Virus record (IMG/VR): IMGVR_UViG_3300034007_000002
Span: 1 to 37,729 of that record
Strand: one strand, 5' to 3'
Length of the DNA stretch: 37,729 nucleotides
Source of the DNA: a virus
The stretch's first letter is position 1. Every line of letters begins with the position of its first letter. Below are positions 22,434 through 29,411 of this stretch, one piece after another. The notes under the pieces were generated by a model. It was not told where the DNA came from. It searched no databases and saw nothing but the letters and a program-made list of their open reading frames with translations. Position numbers and translations under genes: made by a program.

Positions 22434-23169
22434 GCCGCGCGAGTCACCCGATAACCAACCGGCAGAACGTCAAGTATCCACCACGGCTGATAGCCAGCTA
22501 TCCACCACGGCGGCTATCCAGCAACCCACCGCGCCGGCAACACAGATTCCACCACCTAGCCTGCTAGCCACCACCCCCTCGGAACCGGCTATCCAGCAAT
22601 CCCCAAAGCGCAGGGTGGATAGCCACCGGAAGAAACGTGTGGATAGCCGAAAAGGCGACCGGCATCGTGGGGACAAGGTGCCCTTCAACAACCGGTTAAG
22701 CTCGGAGACAGTCAGCCGTATCAAACACTTCTGCGTGGATCATGGACTTGAGCAACAGGAATTCGCCGAGCTCGCGGCAATCCACTTTATGGATGCGGTG
22801 GATAGCCAGAAAGCCGAAGCGTCGGATAGCAAGATAGCCTCTGATGATAGAGAATTGATGATACTATTTAGAACGGAGCTTAGTATCATCAATCTCTACC
22901 TTCAGTACAACCCCGAAAACCGGTGGAAACCGGCCGACGACTACGAGGGTCAGCGGTATAACGGGAAGGACATTCGCCTTGTCGAAATCGGCATCATCCA
23001 GACCCAATTCAACGCGAGGTTCAAGAAGGTCAACTCGTTCAAATACTACACGACCGAGATAGACGAGGCGCTGGCCGTGCCCCTCACAGGTGAGACAATC
23101 GACATCATGCTCAGACAGGGCCGCCGCAGGTGGGAACAGGCGACCGGCAAGCTTATAAGCACACCTTAA
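22387..23169 (+). CDS. Ribbon-helix-helix-like DNA-binding protein (260 aa) carrying an intragenic iteron cluster
   Basis: The low-complexity N-terminus (STTADSQLSTTAAIQQ...RRVDSHRKKRVDS) is encoded by the repeats. FNNRLSSETVSRIKHFCVDHGLEQQEFAELAAIHFM then fits a strand-helix-helix pattern. The C-terminal 120 aa are of unknown type. Confidence 0.7.
   Translation: MENRKPLNFAQALRSRPRESPDNQPAERQVSTTADSQLSTTAAIQQPTAPATQIPPPSLLATTPSEPAIQQSPKRRVDSHRKKRVDSRKGDRHRGDKVPFNNRLSSETVSRIKHFCVDHGLEQQEFAELAAIHFMDAVDSQKAEASDSKIASDDRELMILFRTELSIINLYLQYNPENRWKPADDYEGQRYNGKDIRLVEIGIIQTQFNARFKKVNSFKYYTTEIDEALAVPLTGETIDIMLRQGRRRWEQATGKLISTP
22474..22839. repeat. About ten copies of a GGATAGCC / GGCTATCC core in two opposed orientation blocks
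   Basis: GCTATCCA-type copies at 22474, 22497, 22512 and 22587. TGGATAGCC-type copies at 22614, 22638 and 22797, with partial copies at 22488, 22823 and 22832. Several match the DnaA box TTATCCACA at 7-8 of 9 positions. Confidence 0.85.
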
Positions 23170-23229
23170 AAAACCCTTCCTAACTGATAAGAAAATCTTA
23201 ACTTTAACGCCAAAAACAAGGGCGTTTCA

Positions 23230-23238
23230 TGCTACAAT
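23230..23238 (+). promoter_or_regulatory. Extended -10 element TGCTACAAT
   Basis: TGn-TACAAT with no clear -35. It lies at the start of a stretch of about 280 bp with no ORF. Confidence 0.4.
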
Positions 23239-23244
23239 GTTCGC

Positions 23245-23482
23245 ATGTTTTGAACGTGAAAACAGGCGGCGCGTCAGCCCCTTGCCAGAGTCCAAACGCG
23301 ACCGCCTGCCTTATCCGCTGACAGGCAGCGGGGCGGCAATCTTAGCATAAGTTTTGCCTCAAACAACCCCGCCGACCTGTTCCATTCTGGGAGCAGTTAA
23401 AGGCAGTGTCCGGCGGGGCAAGTAAGGATCATCGGCCGCCCGATTCGCGCATGTTTAGCGCGGGGGGTGGCCGTCTCTTTTT
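23245..23482 (+). ncRNA. Candidate structured RNA or leader of about 240 nt
   Basis: No convincing ORF. Helices include CAGGCGGCGCGT...ACGCGACCGCCTG, GGCAA...TTGCC and CCCCGCC...GGCGGGG. The region ends in a terminator-like hairpin. Confidence 0.3.
23433..23482 (+). terminator. Terminator-like compound hairpin followed by TCTCTTTTT
   Basis: CGGCCGCCC (23433-23441) pairs with GGGTGGCCG (23465-23473). An inner CGCGC/GCGCG stem is nested within, and a T-tract follows. Confidence 0.5.
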
Positions 23483-23512
23483 CCCGCCGGCGTCTCCGCC
23501 GAAAGGGGAAAA

Positions 23513-23716
23513 TTGAGACAGACGCCACAGCCCGTCGCCACGCCGGCCGCGAACTTCCACGCCTTTACCAGAGACATCGTCGCTCTACGCGCCGCTCACG
23601 CGGCCCCCTGGGGCATCTTCCCACGCCTGGCGGCCTACCGCGTCGAGCCGGGCGGGAACGGAGCTAAACTCATCTTCGAGCAAGATCGGGGGCGCAGGAA
23701 GGCGGGCAGGCCGTGA
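23513..23716 (+). CDS. Hypothetical protein (67 aa, TTG start)
   Basis: AGGGGA lies upstream of the TTG. Its stop overlaps the next start (GTGA). Confidence 0.4.
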   Translation: MRQTPQPVATPAANFHAFTRDIVALRAAHAAPWGIFPRLAAYRVEPGGNGAKLIFEQDRGRRKAGRP

Positions 23717-24219
23717 CAGCCCCGCGCCGCCCCGTGACGCTCAAGACTGCTCCTAGACGGGCGAAGCCTGACACCTCGCGCGAACTGACGGTCGAGCCCT
23801 CGGGCTTTATCCGTAACGAGTGGCTGGAGACGCTTTCCCGCATCAAGGCCGACCAGCCTAAGAGGTACGCGCGCGAGGTCTCTGCGGGCTTACAGGTGAC
23901 AGTCAGGAACTACGAAGACAGGAGGCGAGCAAAACACGATGAGAGGGAAGGGAATTCCACTGCCCGGCGAACGCCCGAGCGCGCAGCCGGGGACGAGGAT
24001 GCTGCTGATACCTCAGTCACCCGCCGACCCGATGAGGCTGGCCGGGGAAGCCATCGGAGACCTAAAGCGCGAGCGCCCGCCGCGCCCCGTAAAGAGCAGC
24101 AAGAAGAAGCCGAAGCGCAGGGGCGCGATAGGCGCCCCGCGTGGGTCACATTCGCAAGGTACTTCCTGAGCTTTCAAACTGAGGGTGACGCGCAACGCTC
24201 AACCCCCCTCTCGGCGTAG
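23713..24219 (+). CDS. Hypothetical basic protein (168 aa); the frame of the 3' half is uncertain
   Basis: The N-terminal half looks protein-like. From about 23939 an alternative frame (23939..24169) has a higher third-position GC by eye. Confidence 0.4.
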   Translation: MTAPRRPVTLKTAPRRAKPDTSRELTVEPSGFIRNEWLETLSRIKADQPKRYAREVSAGLQVTVRNYEDRRRAKHDEREGNSTARRTPERAAGDEDAADTSVTRRPDEAGRGSHRRPKARAPAAPRKEQQEEAEAQGRDRRPAWVTFARYFLSFQTEGDAQRSTPLSA

Positions 24220-24226
24220 AAAATTT

Positions 24227-24421
24227 ATGAAATTCATCATCAAAGGAATTAAGTCGAGCACGATTCACACCGTCCTGACGCTGACGTGGGCCGTGCTCGT
24301 CCTCCCGACGCTCCTTTGGTGGCGGCAGTCGGTGCTCTGGGTGGCGCTGATGAGTCTGTGGACGAACATCGCCTCACATTGGGCGGCGCGCGAGGCCGCG
24401 AAGGCAAAGGAGAATCAATGA
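24227..24421 (+). CDS. Small two-TM membrane protein (64 aa), holin-like
   Basis: The internal ATG gives MKFIIKGIKSS, two hydrophobic helices, and a charged tail AAREAAKAKENQ. Confidence 0.6.
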   Translation: MKFIIKGIKSSTIHTVLTLTWAVLVLPTLLWWRQSVLWVALMSLWTNIASHWAAREAAKAKENQ

Positions 24422-24615
24422 AAGACGTTTCGATCACGACGATGGTGGGGTGGGCACGTATCGCTGTCATCCTCGGGTGCGCGGCGGCCTTCCTCCTCAA
24501 GCAAATTACTCTGCTCGAAGCCACGGCCGCCGCGACCGGCATCTGCGGGCTGCTCGGCGGGGTGGGCTTCATCAGCGCGCAGGACGCCGAGCAGCCGAAG
24601 CCGCCGGCCGCCTGA
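24418..24615 (+). CDS. Small two-TM membrane protein (65 aa)
   Basis: ATGA overlap with the upstream gene. The hydrophobic helices are GWARIAVILGCAAAFLL and AAATGICGLLGGVGFI. Confidence 0.6.
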   Translation: MKDVSITTMVGWARIAVILGCAAAFLLKQITLLEATAAATGICGLLGGVGFISAQDAEQPKPPAA

Positions 24616-24638
24616 AAGGAGGCTCTGACATCCCTGTG

Positions 24639-25235
24639 ATGGCCTTACAGCCTACCCCTGACCAGAACGCTCCCAACCCGCCGACCTCTAAGAAGTGCAG
24701 CGGGGAGTGTAGGCGCGTGCTGCCCGCCTCCTGCTTTCTTCCCGACCGGAACCGGAAGAGCGGCCGGCGGAGCGACTGCAAAGACTGCTATCGCGCGCGC
24801 CGGGGGAGTCAGGGCAAGGAGGGGAAGCAGGCTCGGGCACTCGCAAAGGAGCTGTGGGTCATTCGGGAAGCCTACGGGGGCATCCCGTCGCTGGCCGACG
24901 TGCTCAACCGAGCCTTAGAGGAAGTCCGGCAGATCGGCGCCATCGGGGCCAAGTTCGACGAGCAGGTGGCGGCCGTGCGGCGGGCGGTCGTGGTGCAGGG
25001 CTGCCGCAGCGCCGAGGAGGTTATCGAAGAGACGGGGCTGTCGCGCTGGGTCGTAGACCGGGCGCTGGAGAAGCTGGTCGGCGACGGCGTGCTCGAAACC
25101 CGTGACCGCTTCTGCCTGAGCGAAGAGGCGGGCGAGCCGGGCCGCCCCGTTACCGAGTACCACCCGACTGACACCCCGCGCGGCGAAATCTTTACTCACC
25201 TCTTACGCCGTGCCGTTGATGACGACCTGCTCTGA
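24639..25235 (+). CDS. Zinc-finger plus winged-helix-like DNA-binding protein (198 aa)
   Basis: AAGGAGG upstream of the start. CSGECRRVLPASCF...CKDCY is a Cys4 motif. The C-terminal EEVIEETGLSRWVVDRALEKLVGDGVLE is wHTH-like. Confidence 0.6.
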   Translation: MALQPTPDQNAPNPPTSKKCSGECRRVLPASCFLPDRNRKSGRRSDCKDCYRARRGSQGKEGKQARALAKELWVIREAYGGIPSLADVLNRALEEVRQIGAIGAKFDEQVAAVRRAVVVQGCRSAEEVIEETGLSRWVVDRALEKLVGDGVLETRDRFCLSEEAGEPGRPVTEYHPTDTPRGEIFTHLLRRAVDDDLL

Positions 25236-25319
25236 GTGCTGCCCGCAAAATAAACGCCGCTCATTGCCTTACTCTTTGACGCGTCGGGAAGAAAGGCGCG
25301 CCGAAGCGGTCTCACCAAA

Positions 25320-25793
25320 ATGCTTATCCTACTTTTTCAAATTGCCGGAGAGTCCGCCGGCCAGCCGTGGGCCGTGGCGCTCGGCGTCCTCGCCTCAATC
25401 CTCGGCGCCATCAACGTCTATCAGCTTTATAAATCGCGCGAGGCCGGTACGTGGAAGGGCGCGGCCAACGCCTACGAAGCCGAGCTTGGGATCGTGCGTG
25501 AGCGCGCGGAGCGTCTGACCACGGAGAATCAGGACTTAACCCGACAGGTAGCCGAGCTAAAGGCCCGCACCGACCTATCGCAACTCGCGCGCGACAGCAG
25601 TGAGCAGCACTCCGGCATCATCGTCGCTCTTAAAGAATTGTCGGAGACGACGGCGCGGCAGCACGCGCAACTAACACAAGCGATGTCAGAACAGACAAAG
25701 ATGTTTTTGGGATTACAGTCCCACACGGCGGGCGTCTTCGAGCAGGTCGCCGAGCAGTTCCGCGGCATCAAGGCCGAACTGGACAGGCGTTGA
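25320..25793 (+). CDS. N-terminally membrane-anchored coiled-coil protein (157 aa)
   Basis: One TM helix (PWAVALGVLASILGAINVYQL) is followed by a long heptad-rich helical region. An i-spanin-like role is possible but unproven. Confidence 0.6.
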   Translation: MLILLFQIAGESAGQPWAVALGVLASILGAINVYQLYKSREAGTWKGAANAYEAELGIVRERAERLTTENQDLTRQVAELKARTDLSQLARDSSEQHSGIIVALKELSETTARQHAQLTQAMSEQTKMFLGLQSHTAGVFEQVAEQFRGIKAELDRR

Positions 25794-25796
25794 ATT

Positions 25797-26387
25797 ATGG
25801 CAAGTGTTGAAGCCTCGGGTGACGTGCGCGGCCTCGTCACCTTCGACGAGCAGCTAACCTACGCGGCCGCGGTCGCGCTGACGCGGACGGCGAAGGACTC
25901 GCAGGCCGCCGCCGTCGAAGCCATCCGGCGCACCTTCACCACCCGGGGGACGTGGTATCTGCCGAGCAGCCGATTCGGCGTCCGCATCAGCCCCGCGACG
26001 AAGGCGCGACTAGAGGCCGCCGTGAGAACCGCCGCCGACTGGCTCATCCCCCATGAGACCGGCGAGGACAAGGTAGCGCAGGGCGGCGGGCTGCTCGCCA
26101 TCCCGATGGTCGGCAGAGGCCGCCCGCGCCCGAGTCACGGCTCGAAGGTCAGGGCGGATTTGAAGCCGCGCGCCCTCGGCGGCAGGGGCGTCGTCATCGA
26201 GACCCGGCGCGGCCCCGTCCTGTTCGCGCGTCAGGACAAGCGGCTCGTCGCCTTCTACGGCCTTGAGCGGCGGGCGCGGATTCGGAAGCGCTCGACGGTC
26301 ATTGAGCCAACCGTTCAGACGTTCGGCAGGAACTTCGGCGCCAACTTGGCGGAGTCCCTCGCGGAGGCGTTAAGGACGGCGAGGTGA
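25797..26387 (+). CDS. Hypothetical protein (196 aa) directly upstream of the terminase genes
   Basis: Well-formed ORF packed tightly with its neighbours. I cannot place the family with confidence. Confidence 0.6.
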   Translation: MASVEASGDVRGLVTFDEQLTYAAAVALTRTAKDSQAAAVEAIRRTFTTRGTWYLPSSRFGVRISPATKARLEAAVRTAADWLIPHETGEDKVAQGGGLLAIPMVGRGRPRPSHGSKVRADLKPRALGGRGVVIETRRGPVLFARQDKRLVAFYGLERRARIRKRSTVIEPTVQTFGRNFGANLAESLAEALRTAR

Positions 26388-26391
26388 GTGC

Positions 26392-26892
26392 ATGGCTAAA
26401 GGTAATAAGAAGGGCGAAGAGGTGAATATATCCGAGCTCGCGCGGCGCGCGGGGCTCAATCGAGCAACCGTCAGGGAGAAGCTCGAAAGTAAGGGCGTCG
26501 AGCCGCGGCAGAAGAAAGCTAAAGAGAAGCTGTACGACCTCGACGAAGCGCTGGGCGCGCTCCAAACCGACGGCGCGACGGGGCTGCGGAAGGCGCAGAC
26601 GATGAAGACGGCGGCCGAGGCCGGCCGCGCAAAGCTCAGGCTCGACAGGGAGCGGGGCGAGCTGGTTCCGATTCACGACGTGCGCGCCGACGTGCAGGCA
26701 ATCATGCAGCAGGTTCTACAGCACTTCTCGGTGACGGCCCCGGCCGCGCTCGCGCCGCAGCTACGCGGAAAGAAGGTCGCGCAGATTGAGGCGTTGCTCG
26801 GGCGCGACGCCGAGCAGTTTTTCAGGGACTTACGAGGCGAAGAGGAGACGTATCTCAGTGAGGCGGCAGCGGAGGACAAGGGTAGTAGCTGA
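26392..26892 (+). CDS. Terminase small subunit, Nu1-like
   Basis: N-terminal HTH VNISELARRAGLNRATVREKLESKGV...KLYDLDEAL, followed by a helical region, as in lambda Nu1. It lies directly upstream of the large subunit. Confidence 0.75.
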   Translation: MAKGNKKGEEVNISELARRAGLNRATVREKLESKGVEPRQKKAKEKLYDLDEALGALQTDGATGLRKAQTMKTAAEAGRAKLRLDRERGELVPIHDVRADVQAIMQQVLQHFSVTAPAALAPQLRGKKVAQIEALLGRDAEQFFRDLRGEEETYLSEAAAEDKGSS

Positions 26893-28849
26893 GGCGATCG
26901 TCGCGGCGATCCCCGACACCGGCCTGACCGCCTCGCAGTGGGCGGCCAAGCACCGGCGCATCTCCGCGCTCTCGCCGATGCCCGGCCCGTGGCGCAACGA
27001 GGTCACGCCCTACCTCGTCGAGCCGATGGACTGCCTCGGCCTGCCCGGCGTCTACGAGATTATCTTCGTGGCCTCGGCGCAGATAGGTAAGACCGAGTTT
27101 TGTAACAACGGCGTGGGGTACTTCATGCACCATGAGCCGAGTTCAATCCTCTACGTCGCCGAGACGGACAAGAAGGCCGAGGCGTGGTCGAAGGAGAAAC
27201 TAACTCCGATGATTCGCGCCACGCCGGTACTTCGGTCTTTGGTCAGGGACAGGCGCGAGCGCGACTCGGGCAACACCATCGAGGGCAAGTCCTTCCCCGG
27301 CGGCTTCCTCGCCATCGGCTACGCGACGAGCGCCGAGACGCTTTCCTCGCGCTCCTCCCGCGTGGCCTTCCTCGACGAGCGCGACGCCTACAAGCGGACG
27401 AAAGAGGGCGACCCGGCGGCGCTGGCCGAGAAGCGCACCATCACCTTCAAGGAGCGGCGGAAGGTCGTCAAAGTGTCGAGCCCGCGCGACCGGCTGGAGC
27501 CTCCGCAGGGTGCTCCACCTGACGCCCCAAAGTTTTCGCCTATCGAGTGGGAGTATGAGCAGAGCGACAAGCGCAAGTATTGGGTTCCGTGTCCCCACTG
27601 CGGCGAGTATCAGGTCTTGACCTGGAAGAACGAGGCGGGCGACTACTGTATCAAGTGGGACGGCGACGACGTAGAAAACGCCTTCTACGCCTGTCAGGTC
27701 TCGGGCTGCGTCATCGAGCACGAACACAAGGCCGACATGCTTGCGGCGGGTGAATGGCGCGCGGAGAACCCTTTCAACGGCCGCGCCGGCTTCTGGATTT
27801 GGGAGGCTTACTCTCCCTTCGTTACCTGGGGACAGATCGCCGCCAACTTCCTGCGAGCCAAGAATGACGCCGAGCAGTTGAAGGTCTTCGTCAACACGAC
27901 TCTCGCGCAGGGGTGGGAAGAGTTTCAGGGCGGTATCGAAGTGACAGACCTCGAAGAGAGGCGCGAGCCTTACATCGAGTTCCTGCCCGACGGCGTGCTC
28001 ATCATCACCGCCGCGACCGACGTGCAGCACAACCGCTTAGAGTATGAAGTCGTCGGCTGGGGTCAGGACTTCGAGAGCTGGTCACTCGATTACGGCGTCA
28101 TCCCCGGCGACCCGTCGCAGGCTGAAGTCTGGGAAAAGCTAAAGGTCGCGCTGACCCGCGGCTTTGAATACGAGGCGGGTCTCGGCGGCGTCGAGCTGGC
28201 GGACGACGAGAGCGGCGCCAGCGCCGTGCTTCAGATGCGTGTCATGGCGGCGTGCATAGACTCGGGCGGGCATCACTCGGAAGACGTGTATCGCTTCTGC
28301 CGCGCGAACGCCGCACGCCGCTTCTACGCCGTGAAGGGCGCGAACGTGCCCGGTAAGCCGCTCGTCTCCCAGCCTTCTTTACTCAGGAAGGCCGGCGGGT
28401 TCGTGCGCCTCTACACCGTGGGAACTGAGACGGCGAAAGACACTTTCGTCAACCGGCTCGCGGTCAAAGAGGCGGGGCCGGGCTTCTGTCACTTCCCCGA
28501 CGAGTTCGAGCGCGACGGCCGCATTTACTACGGTGAGGACTACTTTAAACAGTTGCGCTCCGAGCACGCGGTTATGAAGCGCACGAAGCGCGGGACGGCG
28601 CGCGTGTGGGAGAAGATAAAAGCGAGCTGGCGTAACGAAGCTCTCGACCTGCGGGTCTACAACATGGCCGCGCTCGCCATCCTCGGCATTGACCGGGAAG
28701 CCCTCGACAGACTCGCCGAGCGCCGCGCCGAGGGTAAGCCCCTGCCGCAGCCCCCGGCCGAAGGCCAGAAGAGGAAATCAATAATCCGCAGCACTGGTAA
28801 GGGCTTCGTCCCGCCCTTCTCGCGCGGCGGGTTCGGAAGGAGATTCTAG
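26858..28849 (+). CDS. Terminase large subunit, GpA family
   Basis: GAGGAG lies 10 nt upstream of GTG 26858 (alternative ATG at 26786). VASAQIGKTEF is the Walker A motif typical of lambda gpA relatives. Length is about 660 aa. Confidence 0.9.
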   Translation: MRRQRRTRVVAEAIVAAIPDTGLTASQWAAKHRRISALSPMPGPWRNEVTPYLVEPMDCLGLPGVYEIIFVASAQIGKTEFCNNGVGYFMHHEPSSILYVAETDKKAEAWSKEKLTPMIRATPVLRSLVRDRRERDSGNTIEGKSFPGGFLAIGYATSAETLSSRSSRVAFLDERDAYKRTKEGDPAALAEKRTITFKERRKVVKVSSPRDRLEPPQGAPPDAPKFSPIEWEYEQSDKRKYWVPCPHCGEYQVLTWKNEAGDYCIKWDGDDVENAFYACQVSGCVIEHEHKADMLAAGEWRAENPFNGRAGFWIWEAYSPFVTWGQIAANFLRAKNDAEQLKVFVNTTLAQGWEEFQGGIEVTDLEERREPYIEFLPDGVLIITAATDVQHNRLEYEVVGWGQDFESWSLDYGVIPGDPSQAEVWEKLKVALTRGFEYEAGLGGVELADDESGASAVLQMRVMAACIDSGGHHSEDVYRFCRANAARRFYAVKGANVPGKPLVSQPSLLRKAGGFVRLYTVGTETAKDTFVNRLAVKEAGPGFCHFPDEFERDGRIYYGEDYFKQLRSEHAVMKRTKRGTARVWEKIKASWRNEALDLRVYNMAALAILGIDREALDRLAERRAEGKPLPQPPAEGQKRKSIIRSTGKGFVPPFSRGGFGRRF

Positions 28850-29407
28850 GTGAACAGCTACGAACCGACAGAGATAACGCCCGGTGAGACCATCGAATGG
28901 TCAAAGGCTCTCGCCGCCTACAGCCCGGCCGAGGGTTGGGCGCTCACCTACTACTTCCGCAACGCCTCGGGGACGGGCTTCGACGCTACGGCTACGGCCG
29001 GCGTCAATTCGTGGGAGGTGTCCGTAGTCGTGCCCGCGAACGTCGGCGCGGGGCGGATAGATTGGGAGGCGTGGGTTAAGAAGGGGAGCGACGAACGCCT
29101 CGCCGACAAGGGTACGGCGACCGTCACGGCGAGCCTTAAGGCGACCGCCGCCAACGCTCAGGTAGATAACCGCTCGCAGGCCGAGAAAGACCTCGACGCG
29201 GTGCGGGCGGCGCTCTTCCCCGCGACCTCCGCCTCGGTGCAGGAGTATGAGATCGGCGGGGTCAATTCAAGCCGCCGCATACGCCACTTCGAGAAGTCCG
29301 AACTGCTCGCGCTCGAAACGAGTCTCGCGCAGCGGGTGAACGCCGAGAGGCGAGCCTCCGCCCGCGGGAACGGCGCACCCTACTTTAAGAACATCTACCC
29401 GAGGTGA
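28850..29407 (+). CDS. gpW-like head-tail joining domain with an N-terminal extension of about 110 aa
   Basis: The C-terminal EKDLDAVRAALFP...VQEYEIGGVNSSRRIRHFEKSELLALETSLAQRV...GAPYF parallels lambda gpW (AAARAALHDL...[26 protein letters not shown]...GPAGFY). It sits between the terminase and portal genes. Confidence 0.7.
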   Translation: MNSYEPTEITPGETIEWSKALAAYSPAEGWALTYYFRNASGTGFDATATAGVNSWEVSVVVPANVGAGRIDWEAWVKKGSDERLADKGTATVTASLKATAANAQVDNRSQAEKDLDAVRAALFPATSASVQEYEIGGVNSSRRIRHFEKSELLALETSLAQRVNAERRASARGNGAPYFKNIYPR

Positions 29408-29411
29408 AGCC

